In this document: one piece after another, positions 28,261-41,064 of the stretch
Numbering within the stretch: the first letter of the stretch is position 1
Layout of the letters: each line of letters starts with the position of its first letter
Source: Oopsacas minuta
Lineage: Eukaryota; Animalia; Porifera
DNA length: 64,000 nucleotides
Assembly: GCA_024704765.1 (NCBI GenBank)
Contig: JAKMXF010000336.1
Span: 1 to 64,000 of the forward strand
Direction of reading: 5' to 3'
Notes under the pieces: generated by a model
Seen by the model: only the letters and a program-made list of their open reading frames with translations
Told to the model about the DNA's origin: nothing
Database searches by the model: none
Position numbers and translations under genes: made by a program

Positions 28261-28410
28261 AAGAAGTTAGCAGCCAATTCAAATAAACATATGGGATTCA
28301 TTTCATTCATATATTTAACCGACTTATGGCATCGCCAAAGAAAACATTTGTGATTTTTCGAAAGTATAGCGTTGGTAGATTACAATAATGTTATCAGAAT
28401 TGTAAATGTG

Positions 28411-28652
28411 NNNNNNNNNNNNNNNNNNNNNNNNNNNNNNNNNNNNNNNNNNNNNNNNNNNNNNNNNNNNNNNNNNNNNNNNNNNNNNNNNNNNNNNNNN
28501 NNNNNNNNNNNNNNNNNNNNNNNNNNNNNNNNNNNNNNNNNNNNNNNNNNNNNNNNNNNNNNNNNNNNNNNNNNNNNNNNNNNNNNNNNNNNNNNNNNNN
28601 NNNNNNNNNNNNNNNNNNNNNNNNNNNNNNNNNNNNNNNNNNNNNNNNNNNN
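28411..28652. other. Assembly gap (N run); single Ns also at 19119 and 20608
   Basis: N bases. Confidence 1.
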
Positions 28653-28770
28653 CCCAAGGTGCTTTAAGATTTTCTAACCCCTCTCCCATTATAGAAACAC
28701 TGACTATAGGTTGTATCTTGCTCTTATAGTCTACAGAGAATATTCTCTCTAAAGTATTAGCTGTAGCCAT
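28653..28770 (-). CDS. NHL-repeat gene copy A (5' end only; rest lost in gap)
   Basis: MATANTLERIFSVDYKSKIQPIVSVSIMGEGLENLKAPW, same as copy B. Confidence 0.8.
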
Positions 28771-29176
28771 TAGTTCAGTTCTGTAACTAGAATAATGAAA
28801 CAATTCAAATAATATAACTTATCTATTTGACTATAAGTAATGAGCTCTAACTATAAATACAAATCAATACAGAGACCTATACAGAGAGATATCAAACTTA
28901 TATAATTATATGAATTCAAATAGAATACAGTATATTCTGCTTTTCTCTAACATTCATATATTTGTAATTGTAAAGTATATTTTAGGCCGAATTAGATCTG
29001 TAGCCAAATATTCGGTCTGTCGATCCTAACTAGTCCTCCCAAGCAATCCATGAAGATACTTAAGGTTTGAAATGGGATTTACATTTGATTTCCACTAACA
29101 CCGAATTCCTAGGGCTATTCCCACGAGGAATTTCTCATATACGATTCCTTCCCATTAGTAAGGCAACTACAGAGAC

Positions 29177-29802
29177 GGGGCGCATGCATTAGGATTACGG
29201 TGTTGGCATTTGGTCGAATTCCGTGTGTTGGCTTTAGTTCGAGTTTCATTGTTTACATTAAGTCGAATTCGGAGCGCATCAATTAGGTCTAAATCCAATT
29301 TTGCTATGATTTCGATAGAGCGAATGTATGATAGCTATGAATATCTCTTTTTTAAGGCCGATTAATATTTTGAGAAACACTGAATGCATCCATAAATTTT
29401 TGGAATACCTGCACAAACGTTTTAATAGCAAAAAATCCAGCGATCCCCCATTTTGTGCAAACTTTTCTAATAATTAATCCAACAAAGGTCCATCCAAACA
29501 CAAAATTAGCATGGGCTCCACATGCCCGCCCCTAGGTAGCTTAATAACGAGTAGAATGAAAACTCCCAGAGCGATAGGGTAGTGAACAAAATCCCTAATC
29601 CCTCCCAATGATATGGGTTGATAATTAATACAATAAAATGTACTACCACGTCCTCGCTTCTATAAATCCATTTCAATATCGGTCTATCGACAACATAGCT
29701 AAAATACATTCGATCTATCACAACATCTTAATTCGACCTATTACACACATTGTAAATTCGACCTAATGCCAACACACGGAATTCGACCTAATGCAGCACC
29801 CC
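29177..29802. mobile_element. MULE-type MITE
   Basis: GGGGCGCATGCATTAGG...CCTAATGCAGCACCCC; degenerate 9-bp flanks ending AGAGAC; empty site in the paralogous flank ~51230-51260. Confidence 0.75.
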
Positions 29803-31031
29803 CCCAAGAGACGTGGCAACGGGGGAGGCATAGATGTCATCCCTTTGGCTCGATTGGCAGATTATAACATTTCGCCTCGCTTCGCTCGCATCTTCCCCTC
29901 AATATTATGTAATCTCTAGAATTATCCTGATCAAATGTATCCATTTTTTCATATATAATAAATGGTCAAATATTCCAAACCACAACTAGCTAGTACTCTG
30001 ATAAAATTTCCTAATTAATTCCAAAGAATCGAGTTTGAATAAATATAAAAGTATAGTTTGGAATTAATCGCCATGTCAAGATGGAATAGAAATTCGGATT
30101 ATACCGGATAATAGATCACAATTGATTAGGTTGTAACAAGGGTAACCCATTGGTCAATTAGTGAGATTAGTCATGACTCAAACACAACGATAACCCATGG
30201 GCCATGGTTGATATATTTTAATGATAAGATAAATCAGAAATAATTGGTCAGTTACATTAACAAGATCATGATGGGCTCAGGATTTAGGACTACAATTGGC
30301 TGATAACTATTAATGGGGCGCATGCAATTGGTCAACTATTTCATTCTAACATTTGGTGGATTTCACAATAGACACTACACTGTTGATTGAATACTAAAAT
30401 GTACTAGAAATCACGTTTACTCGTCCCTGGTTCAGTTCATAACTAGTCCCAATAAAACTCCCAGGCCCATCAGGTTGTGAACTATATCCACAGATCCGTC
30501 CATTTGCAACAGTCCTCAGCTATAATCCAATCTAATTCCATTCCTCTTTTATGTTTGTAATTTCAGCGAGTATATTCCATGATGGAATTTGAAATTTGGT
30601 GGATATACGTATAAGAAAGGATGCTCAGTGTATTTGTTATGGGCAGTATGAGAAATTGGGCCTTATCATAGACTCCTTTAGAGAAGGACTGGAACGTCGC
30701 GATCTCGGGGTTTTTAACTTGAGTCTGAGAGGCTCCAATTAAAAAATTGAAAAAGCATTAGAACCCATATTTAACCTGTGGTTGGGGGCCAGACACAACC
30801 AAGAAGCTTAAAATAAGAGTATTGGCCACATTTCCCTTTGACCTTAGGCAGATATGAACTTCCTGTTTTCAACCATATTTCCTTATGTTTTCCTTATGTT
30901 TGTGGGATATTTGCATGTTTTGTGCAATTGCTGCGTGGTAATGTTTTATTTTTCTTGTTGCAAATAGTCTGCATGTTTATTGATATTGATTATGCATGAT
31001 AATGTGTTTTGTTTTCAGCTTTTGTGACAAT

Positions 31032-33610
31032 ATGCCACGTCATTGCAGCTGTTTTGGTTGTAGAGGAAATATGATGGGACGCCTTACCTAAGGGTCATAT
31101 CCTTCCCAAAAGATCCTGAGGAGAGGGAGAGATGGATATTGGCAATGCCGAATGAAAACGAAAGCTTGAGGCGCTTGAAGGAGATATATATTTGTGAGAG
31201 ACATTTCAATTGTGAATGGGTGTCAGTAAAGGGTGGAAAGCGACCAAAAGAACCGCCATCAATATTTCCTGGAGTACCGAAATCAGTTTTGAAGCAGGTC
31301 ACCTCAGCTCCACGCCCAACATCATCTACATCAGAATCAAGAGCTAAAAAAGTGCAGGCAGCTTATGAGGCTGCAGACAAGATCCAAGATTTCGACCACT
31401 TCTCCGCCAAAATGAGCTCCTATTTTCCTGGCTTTAACTTCATAAAAGACCAGAAAAACCTGTACCTATCAAGAACTGACGCTACTGGACAAACTGTCAA
31501 GCAGTTCTTTCATTTCCAACAAGTCAGTTCACCATTTGGATTCCTATTCTTGAATAGAGTTGAAAAAGATAGTATTGAGGTGTCCAAGCGACTATTTCCT
31601 TTGCAGAAGAACAGCTTACTCTCGAAATGGTCCCAGATTGGATACATAACTGACCAGGTAAACGCCTATGAGTACACAAGCCAAGAAATTCTTGAGCACG
31701 CAATAAGCCAGCTCTGCAAGATGACTGAGGCGCACGAGCTTGCTCATTTCACCTTCCTTCTGTCGCAGCTGTGCCTTATATTCAAACCTGATGGACGCCG
31801 ATTTGACACAGATACTATGATTTTCGCAGTGCAGCTTCACAACATATCACCTAGTGCATACAAAATTATTCGCCGATCCGGCTTAATCATTCTGCCATCA
31901 ACAGAAAAGGTAAAACAGATGCTTGCTAGGAGTCTGCATGACTCCAACCTCAAAACCTTGTTCGACCAGCTTAAGCCACAGCAGCGTTTGGTAAATTTAA
32001 TGTTTGACGAGGTAAAGCTGGTCGAGACATTGCGATTTTCTGGAGGGCATGTTCTAGGATACTCTCAAAATACTGCAGCGGGTGGTGACCATGAAATGCT
32101 TGCTTCACATGCTATGGTGGTTGAAGTTGCCTGCCATTTTGGTGGTCCACGCTATATTCTACGCGTTTTGCCCTGCAAAAAACTAACTTCGGATCAGCTG
32201 AAAGAACTCCTTATTGAAGCTGGTTCAGCTGTAGTTGGTGCTGGCGGTACTGTAATTTCTTTAATATGTGACAATTGCAATACCAACCGTAGTGTTTATT
32301 CAAAGCTTGGAGGACCTGGAAGTTGTCGAGTGCTATCAATTCAAGAACAATCTATGTTCTTAGAGTACGACTACTTGCACATCTTCAAAAATATACGCAA
32401 CAACTGGATTACTGTTGATAGCAAGACACTCTCATTTGTCGTAGATGGCAATGAGTACAAAGCTTACTGGAGTGATATTCAGAAGCTTTATGAGATCGAC
32501 CGAGCTACTCCTATTCGTTTAACCAAGCTGACACACACTGCTGTTTTCCCCAAGCCCCTTCAACGTCAGAGCGTACCATTGGTATGTCAAGTGTTCAATG
32601 ACAAGACTGTCGCTGCCTTGAAGACGTTCAAGGGTTCACTGGGCATCAGCGAAGGCACCATCATTCTCACCCAGACAATCAGTGAGTGGTTCAAGATAAT
32701 GATTGTGAAAGACCGTTTCTCAGCTATCCGTCTTCGCGACGAATCCAGACAGCCTTGGACAGCAGACTGTACAAGTTTCACTAGGCTGGAGGAGGCCTGC
32801 CAAATTATATCTACCTGCGCATGGCAAGGAGGTGGTGGTCGTAAGCTGAAGCTAACTAAGCAAACTGCTGAAGCCTTCACTGTGTCCACACGTAATAATG
32901 TGGATGCTGCCAAATTGCTTCTGGCGGACAAAGATTGACTACGTTCTCCTGCTATATTCGCGGATGAAGCCTTGGAAAAGTTTTTCGGCCAAGCCAGACA
33001 AAGAAGAGGTGGAAACTTTTACATTGACGTAGTTGACATTATGGCTGCAGCTAAAATTGTAAACTTGCAAACACTCAGTAAGCATGACATTATGGTAGAA
33101 TCGAGTTCTCGTGTGCATGATTGTGACAAGAATTGTACAACTTCCGAAAATCCAGCTGAGCGAAGTGAATTCATTGACGAGATCACTCCTCAAGACACTC
33201 AAGAACTCTTGAGGTCTGATGATACCCTTAAGCATAAAGTTGTTTATTTGGCCGGATACCTTGTTTATAAATTTGGTGATAGCACTAGTATGGAGGAGAT
33301 CATTGGTGATGAAGATGGTAACGAGGTGTCATCTGAGTTCCTAGATAATTTGAATAGAGGTGGACTGAGTGTGCCGACTATGTCAACCGTCTTTTTTGTA
33401 CACAATGCCTATAATTTGCATGACCAGACTAAAATGCGTTGCCGCTTTCATTTTGCTGAGCTATTATCCTTTGTAGATGCACCTTTAATAGGTAATAAGG
33501 CTGCATGTACTACTTTAGCTAACATTCTATTGAAAGCTCATGTCCTCAATGTAAGTGACAAAGAAAAGTCTTTGGGATGCCTCAGAAGGCAAGACAAGCT
33601 CTCTAACTAA
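31032..33610 (+). pseudogene. THAP-domain P-type transposase, small frameshifts near 31070 and 32935-32950
   Basis: MPRHCSCFGC..FPKDPEERERW..ICERHF (THAP); FDEVKL, ICDNCNTN, DYLHIFKNIRNNW, DEALEKFFGQARQR. Confidence 0.88.
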
Positions 33611-33674
33611 CGATAGGCATAGACAATGTTGTAATAGACATAGTGTTGTGATATGCATATAATGTAATTACATA

Positions 33675-33844
33675 CAGTAGAACTCGGATAAGACGTCCCC
33701 CCTCGGGAAGTCTAAAAAAGTACGTACTATCCGAGTTGTATTTACATAGAATCCTATGTAATAATGAATTTTGGTTCATAAAATTTAGTACGTACTAAGC
33801 CGAAATACGTCTTATCCAGGGTACGTGCTAACCGAGTTCTACTG
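33675..33844. mobile_element. pogo/Tigger-type MITE (copy 2), inside the P element
   Basis: Same TIR as 5817-6002, TA TSD. Confidence 0.88.
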
Positions 33845-34287
33845 TATATGACAATAAATATCAAATTTGTGCTGCTATACACTACTGCGTCTCATTACAA
33901 TCAGCCATCTCTCACCTTTATTAGTTAGACAAAAAAAGGGCAAAAATTACCAAAATTCACCCATTTGACCTTGAAATATAACCTTTTGACCTTTAAGATG
34001 ACCGCAGGTGGTTTTGAAAATGGCGCCATTGAACTCGCCGTCCTCAAAATCTCCTATGTGGACCCGAGATCGTGTCTCTAGCCCTTCTAGAAGTCATTTT
34101 AGCCCAGGACTCAAGTTAATCCTTCAGACTCAAGTTAAAAACCCCGAGCATGGGAGGATTCAGTCCTTCTTTAAAGGAGTCTATGGGCCTTATACATAAT
34201 GCCCAGGCAATATGCAAAATGCTACTCTTATTGGACAATATGCATAATGTCCAAAGACAACATGCATAATTCTACTCTTATTGTATG

Positions 34288-34910
34288 CAGTGGAGGCGCT
34301 AGCTATCCGTGGTTGAAGGGCTAAACGTTTAATTATAAGTTATCGAAGCAAAATACAGAAATTCATTTTAGGAACATTATGAATACTTAGAATCAGCTGT
34401 CCATTTAACAAACTTTATACGAATTATATATTTTAATATCTAGGGTATGTCTAATTGAGGAAGATACTAATTCAATTAGGTTGGAAAATTGACGTATAAG
34501 GAATAATTAGTACTCTCATCAATCTCATCTCCTATTTGTACTAGTAGCTCTGGATTTTTCAGGAGTCGAATTCACCATGATTTTTTCTTTTTATTTTAGC
34601 GATCCATACTTGGGCAGATGATTATATTAGTTTCCAATTGATAGTTCGAGGTCTGCAATACCTACTATTTATTCGGATTAAAGAAAATGGTGATTATCTT
34701 AAATGTGATATTAATGCAATAGCGATTATTCTAAATGAGATGTTACACAATATCGAATGTTCAAAATGTATATAAAGCAGTCAGTAATAAAGGTTTAAGA
34801 TGTAAATACTGTTTTCTAGATCCTAGTCCTTTACTTCTCAGCCCCATCACTTTATGGGGCTGACAAAAATTTTTAATGGGGCTCTAGCCGCTTCTCTAGC
34901 GCCGCCACTG
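34288..34910. mobile_element. hAT MITE (partial paralog ~52250-52700)
   Basis: CAGTGG(A/C)GGCGCTAG termini; 8-bp flanks attgtatg/attgcatg. Confidence 0.8.
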
Positions 34911-35086
34911 ATTGCATGATGCTACTCTTAGAGTGCCTCGTAATAATTATGCGACTTTTAATTAATTCAATTAATGAAAACTGATCGTAGATATAGGATA
35001 TTCTATCATGCTAGATTCCGCTATATGCATTCCGGTCGGACAATCTACGTCGTAAGTGGTCCTCCTGAACCAATTACGTCAACTTT

Positions 35087-35314
35087 ATGTGGTCTCCATT
35101 GGACCCTTTATATTTTGCCATGTGTCGAGGTGATGGTGACTTTCGAAACATTAAAGCAGTTGTTGTGGCAATCGAGCATAATGGTACCTACAAGCTGGGT
35201 ACAAAATACGGTCTATTGAATTCGCATTACACCAGAAATCAATTCACTCCATGCCTGGATAAATTCTTGGAGATAAATGATGTCCAAACAGGAAAAGAGA
35301 TTTATTTGCGATAA
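35087..35314 (+). pseudogene. Ginger2/KRBA2-like integrase C-terminal fragment (copy 1)
   Basis: GDFRNIKAVVV..YKLGTKYGLL..YTRNQFTPC..DV..EI.LR. Confidence 0.6.
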
Positions 35315-35356
35315 GTAGCATGTATGGTGAGCAGTAAATCTCAAATCGGACTATAG

Positions 35357-36136
35357 CAGTGGCGGATCTATGGGTGTATGGGGGTATGCATACCCCCCCC
35401 ACCAGCTTTGTTAAATTATTCATTTCGTCTACTCAGTAGAGTGAATAAAGTACATACCTTGTTATACCACAACCCTAATGAATTTATTTTCTCGACTATA
35501 TACTTGTAATTCGGGAAATGTTCCTTCAATATTATTTCATTATTGCCTGCTGTAGTTATTAAGGAGCCATAGGAATATAATTCTGATATAAATTAAAGAA
35601 TATATATTTCACCATATTTCTAACTATTTGTTTACCCTTTTGATAATTAGTGTTTCCTTATGCAATGTAAGAAAGTTTGTTTGACAAAAGATCAGCCAAC
35701 TTTGAGCAACTTTTTTGCAAAGTCTCAACTCCCTTCTAATTCACAATTACCAGATATTGACTCAACAGATGTAGTTCCACATTCAGAAATTCTCATTATA
35801 TATTAAACTATGAACACACATACATAATGTTTGTATTGAGAACATAATTATTTTGGAGTACCTTAGACTGCTTGTCAAGATTGGTTAAATTGGTCATGGA
35901 GATTAAGCCTGACATAAAAATCGCATAAAATACATACATCACTATAGAATATTTGTTGATGTTTGGTTAAAACACTACAAATTGAGAAATACTGGCTGTT
36001 ATAGTATAATTACAATTTGTTAAAATAACAGAATAAACTGATAATGATCAAGTGGAGAGCAAAATCCAATAATTGAATATTTGGACGGTTGGGTAGGCGG
36101 CATACCCCCCACCAGATTTTTCTAGATCCGCCCCTG
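35357..36136. mobile_element. hAT MITE
   Basis: CAG(T/G)GGCGGATCTA termini, perfect TSD GACTATAG. Confidence 0.92.
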
Positions 36137-36544
36137 GACTATAGACATCCAATTAGCAATGACAACATGTTAAAAGCTAATTATTCCAGTTTCCCAGGGT
36201 ATGGGATTACTGTAACACTTGCAGATATAAATATGAGGAATGATACCTTGATACCATTAGTATAAAATTTATCATTTTGTGATATATTAGGAAACTTAAT
36301 GTGCTCGCTATACTCTTTACCAATTAACAATTGAATGACCATGACTCCGCGAGTTGCTGATATTGATTAAAGAAATTAAACAAATTGCTCGATAATCACA
36401 TTGTGTAAAACATTCAAATCTTCTCTATTGAATGATGTAAATCTCGTTAATATTTGACAAATTAAAGTGGGTCAAATTAGTGACTGAAGAATATAAGCTA
36501 AATGTGTCAAATATGCTGAATCTGATTTCACACATTTGAATTAA

Positions 36545-36797
36545 TCATACCATAAAAATCTGACACAATAAATTCTGAGTCAAAAACCGACAAATAATAT
36601 TATTAACCTCTACAGGCATATCTTACTGCATCCAATGTCCACAGTTTATAATCTTACTCTCCACACGCTGACATATGTCTTGTGACCTTCAGCCATTTTC
36701 GTTGAGACAAAAAGATCATGTTATCTATTCAGAATCAAACTAGGCAACTGAATTTTATCATAAACAATTCCTTCTCTCAAAATCAGTAAATACATTC
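36545..36797 (-). pseudogene. Epoxide hydrolase (EPHX3/4-like) terminal exon, damaged copy
   Basis: Reverse complement of 54420-54636 with indels/stops. Confidence 0.75.
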
Positions 36798-37254
36798 CTG
36801 ATAAAGTTAATGGGCTAGGGAAATTCACGCTTTTGTGAGAATGTATACAGAAAAGTTTACATATCTTCATCAAGTTTTGTTAAACTTCACACTCGTTAAG
36901 TTATGCGGATAATTCATTGCTGAAATTCGTTGCTGACTCACACTCGTTCTAGGGAATTGAGTTCTAGGAACAAGATTGTTCCATAACTAGGAGCTACAGC
37001 ACTCTCAAACAGTAAAGGGCTAACTTATCCTGTTTACTTACTAGTTAGCTACGCCTCAGGTAGCTACTTCACAATGACGCCAGTACGGATGTTATACCTA
37101 CCCACCCTTTATGATAATTCAAGTGGATTTTCAAAATATTTGTAAAATGCCATGTGAGGACTAGTTAGTAGGGCAGGACAGAATAATCCGCGACAGTACT
37201 GATCACACTGAATTACTTTAACGATTAATTCTAAGAATGTCAGAGCATAGCAGA

Positions 37255-37419
37255 ATATACTGTATTCTATTTGAATTCCTTTAATTATATAAATTTGATA
37301 TCTCTCTGTATAGGTCTCTGTATTGATTTGTATTTATAGTTAGAGCTCATTACTTATAGTCAAATAGATAAGTTATATTATTTGAATTGTTTCATTATTC
37401 TAGTTACAGAACTGAACTA
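37255..37419 (+). promoter_or_regulatory. Conserved NHL 5' block (putative promoter/leader); also at ~28771-28950, 49690-49860, 53689-53855, 59303-59470 and orphan 50843-50990
   Basis: Near-identical non-coding sequence before every NHL ATG that retains its 5' end; TATA-like tatttata and acceptor-like ttattctag. Confidence 0.6.
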
Positions 37420-38275
37420 ATGGCTACAGCTAATACTTTAGAGAGAATATTCTCTGTAGACTATAAGAGCAAGATACAACCTATAGTCAGTGTTTCTATA
37501 ATGGGAGAGGGGTTAGAAAATCTTAAAGCACCTTGGGGAGTAACAGTTGATAATTCTACAAGAGATATCTATGTAGCAGATTACTGGAATAATTGTGTGA
37601 AAGTATTCGATTGTAATGGTAAGATTATGTTTAAATTTGGAGATGAGGAAGGAGAAGGAAAGATGAATGGTCCAATTGGGTTAGCTATGTGTAGAGATAG
37701 AATTCTGATTGCCCAAAGAAGTGATTCTATTTTGAATTATCAAGTGAATGGAGAGTTTATTTCTAGAATAGGAAAACCTGGGAAAGGAGAATTGGAATTT
37801 TCTGATCCTCTTGGGCTGACATTCGATGAATCTAACGGAGAGGTATACATATGCGATTCTAATCATAATTGTATTCAGATACTGTCCAAGGAACTTACCT
37901 ACAAGACACAGTTTGGACAAGATTATCTCAACTTTCTTCTTGATGTTAAACTTACAAAAGAATTCATTTATATTCTAGATGAATCTAATCCTTGGCTTCA
38001 TCTGTACAGCTACAATCTTATTCTATATAAGAGTATTATTTCTAGACGAGATGAATTACAGCTGGATAATCTTAACTTCCTCTGTCCTATTATAACAATA
38101 TTCTTATTACAGATTATTCTTATTTCTCTCGTCCTGGCTGTATTTCTATTTTCAACTCTCAATTTGATTTGATACACAAGATATCTATAGCAATTCTGGC
38201 GGTAGTACAGTGGATAACAGAGGAAGAGTTATTGTAGTTTGTGATGGAGGTGAACATACCCTCAATATTTTTTGA
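37420..38275 (+). pseudogene. NHL-repeat gene copy B (late frameshift ~38075)
   Basis: NHL motifs PWGVTVD..IYVADYWNNCVKVF, DPLGLTFD..ICDSNHNCIQIL. Confidence 0.85.
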
Positions 38276-38803
38276 TTATTTTTCTATTTAACGAGTGTTC
38301 ATATTTTTGTTTATGTTTCCTTTGGAATAACTTTTTGTAACATTTGAATAAACTATACTCTTTCCATATTATGTATTATTCCTTGTATTTCACCTCTTAT
38401 AGAGGATGCCTACATGTTATAACGACGCCATAAGCCCGCACTATCCCTCGATCCCTAGTTTTACGATTAAAACAAATTGCTATTCTAATAATTTGATATG
38501 ATATTCAACATAATTCAGATATCATTAGTTCCTCTCCTTTAGGGAGATGCACATTAGTGTTTGGCCAAAAACTGAAATGAGTTGTGAGCGCTCCTCATTA
38601 TAGTTAAGCTTGGAATATCTAATCGCCCCGGATATTATTCGAGGTAATACGATATTCATGGGATTCTGAATTCATTATCCATCGAATACTACAAAGTACA
38701 AAACTCTCATTTAATTCCACATCCATGGTTCTTCCTATATATTATACTAATATTCTCTGTAGCCCCTTCCCAATCTATGAGTACCATGAACTGGGGCTAC
38801 ATT

Positions 38804-39109
38804 GGGAAACATGAATAAGACCGAATGGAATAAGACCGAGCTTGGCTAGAGCTGAGAAGATGAGCATTTGAGTACACTCGTTCGGATAACTGGTGTGGTA
38901 TTTGATTGGACTATCGTTGGATCTGTATCAGGCTGTGAGTGGATGAGAGTATTTAGAAGTGACGTGAGCGTGCCCTAGAATTGGCGTTTTCATTTGGAAA
39001 TGAAAATCCATGGAAATTTGTAAAAGGGGTTGGTAAGTCTGGGTCGGTCTTATTCCAGTCTTGGAAAATATATTTTCACACTGTAAATTGGGTCTTATTC
39101 AGTCAACCC
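38804..39109. mobile_element. MULE-type MITE
   Basis: GGG..TGAATAAGACC termini; flanks gctacatt/gctacttt. Confidence 0.7.
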
Positions 39110-39717
39110 GCTACTTTGGCCCACTGGGTTTGCTTTTAGTAACACCATGGATACTCATATCGTAGTATTTTAAGGAGAGTATAGAATTCTGAGATTTAAC
39201 TACGCAACACGAATTGTACATGTGGTTCATTGTAATACTCAACTATCTATGCACTAGAGATGTAATGTGCCTTACAAATTACAATATTTCCCTATATACA
39301 GTATACAAAGTGATAATTATTTACTTATTTTTGGTTCGCAAAATGACTGAATAACATTTTATTGATTTTAATATAGTTCATACGAGTCTCAGGAAGTGTG
39401 TAAGTAAACATGAAACGTTACTATATTAAATGATCCATCGTTGTAAACATAAAACATCTCTTTCTCTCTAAACTATTTGTGTCTTAATCAAGGTTGCAAC
39501 CGAATAATATCAGTATTCTGTATTCGGTTGGTCCAAACCGAATATTAACAGTATTCGCTTAAGCAACTATTCATGAATACTGATATTCGGTTCGATCGGT
39601 TTCAAACTTCATCTTAATTCAAGAATATTTCGGAACAAGATGTCAGAGTTTAATGAATTAAATATATAAAGTACCTAAAAATGAAATATTCAAACAAACA
39701 TGTAAATTTACAATATA

Positions 39718-41064
39718 CAGTCTGTAACATAATTATTGAGAATTTTCGATATATTCTTAAAGAACCAATTTTCTTTCAATCATACTTTACAATATTATTT
39801 ACATGTAGAATTAGTTAGACATATGCTTTTCTTAACTATTTTGACCATTTATCAACTTAGATTGCATTCTTCAATATTTAATTTATATGAAGAAGCTATT
39901 GACTACGTCATCATTTTTCTCAATTCTTGAATAACAACTTGTAAATTCAAAATATTCTAATTTTTAGCTTGTAATCCCTTGATATGAGTCAACAGCGAAA
40001 GAGACTACAGATAGAAACATTACTTATCAGTTCTGGTCTATCTGTTGTTCAGATTTCAAAGAAACTTGGCGTCAGTTTGGCCACGGTTTATCGAGTAAAA
40101 TCAAGAAAACAACATAATGTTGGTCTTGAACATCGTAAGGGAGCTGGGAGGCCATCTAGCCTCAGATTATCTGTTAAGAGAAGCGTTACTCAACAGATCA
40201 GACATAAGCCCTTTCTTTCTTTACGTACTTTGGCATCACTTGCACCCGGTAAACCCTCACACGAAACAGTCTGGCGCGCGATGAAAGATCTTGACTATAA
40301 CAAAAAACAACCGACAAATAAACCAATGATTAACGAGAAAAATCAACTTGCAAGGCAACAATGGGCTAAGAAGTACAAATATCCCAAGAAAGCGTGGTAC
40401 CAAACAGTATTTATTGATAAAATGTCGATTTGGCTTGCTCGAGGAAGGATCAAAATGTGGACAAAATCAGGCCAAAAACGAATAGTCCCGACAACTAAGC
40501 ATTCTCCAAAGATCAATGTTTGGGCGGAGTTTAGTTCAATGGGAACATTTCCTATATGTATTTTCACCGAAAACATGAACAGTCAAATGTTTGTTGATAT
40601 TCTAGAAGGGCATTTGTTAACTCAGGCAGAAATCTTCCACCAAAATGAATAGCGTCTTGTCATGGACAACGACCCAAAGCACACCTCTAGACTTGTCAAG
40701 GCATATCTTGTTGAGAACATCCCAAATCATCTTCCTTGGCCTTCTCAGAGCCCTGATATTAACCCAATAGAAAATGTTTTCAGTTGGGTAAAACGAGAAC
40801 TTATAAAATTGGCTCCTCGGACAATTTCAGAGCTAAGGAAGAAGCTTGAAATTGTATGGGAAAAGATAACCCCTGAATTTCTGAAGCCATATTGTGATTC
40901 GATGCCACACAGATGCCAGATGGTAATAGAATCTGGTGGTTTTGCTATAAATTATTAACTAGTGATGTTTTTTTGAACCAAAATCACATGAATTAGTACT
41001 CATTCAGGAAAATTGGTTCTGTTCTAGCTCATTGAATAATTCTCAATAATTATGTTACAGACTG
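39718..41064 (+). mobile_element. Young Tc1 (DD34E) transposon, one nonsense codon at 40650
   Basis: Perfect 27-bp TIR CAGTCTGTAACATAATTATTGAGAATT, TA TSD; ORFs 39984-40652 and 40662-40958 are in frame; DNDPKH..WPSQSPDINPIE. Confidence 0.95.

Larger units (their letters stand above)
30667..34185 (+). mobile_element. Full-length P-element/THAP-family transposon
   Basis: 25-bp TIR CATAGACTCCTTTA(G/A)AGAAGGACTG; perfect 8-bp TSD GGCCTTAT (30659-66, 34186-93). Confidence 0.92.

Noticed and set aside
28324-28729. ORFs spanning the N run
   Set aside because: Artefacts of translating Ns.
31032-33610. Domesticated THAP9 host gene
   Set aside because: Frameshifts plus intact TIRs and TSD show a transposon copy.
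37387-37419. N-terminal extension MFHYSSYRTEL on NHL ORFs
   Set aside because: Starts at TTG (ORF-caller alternative start); first ATG is 33 nt downstream.
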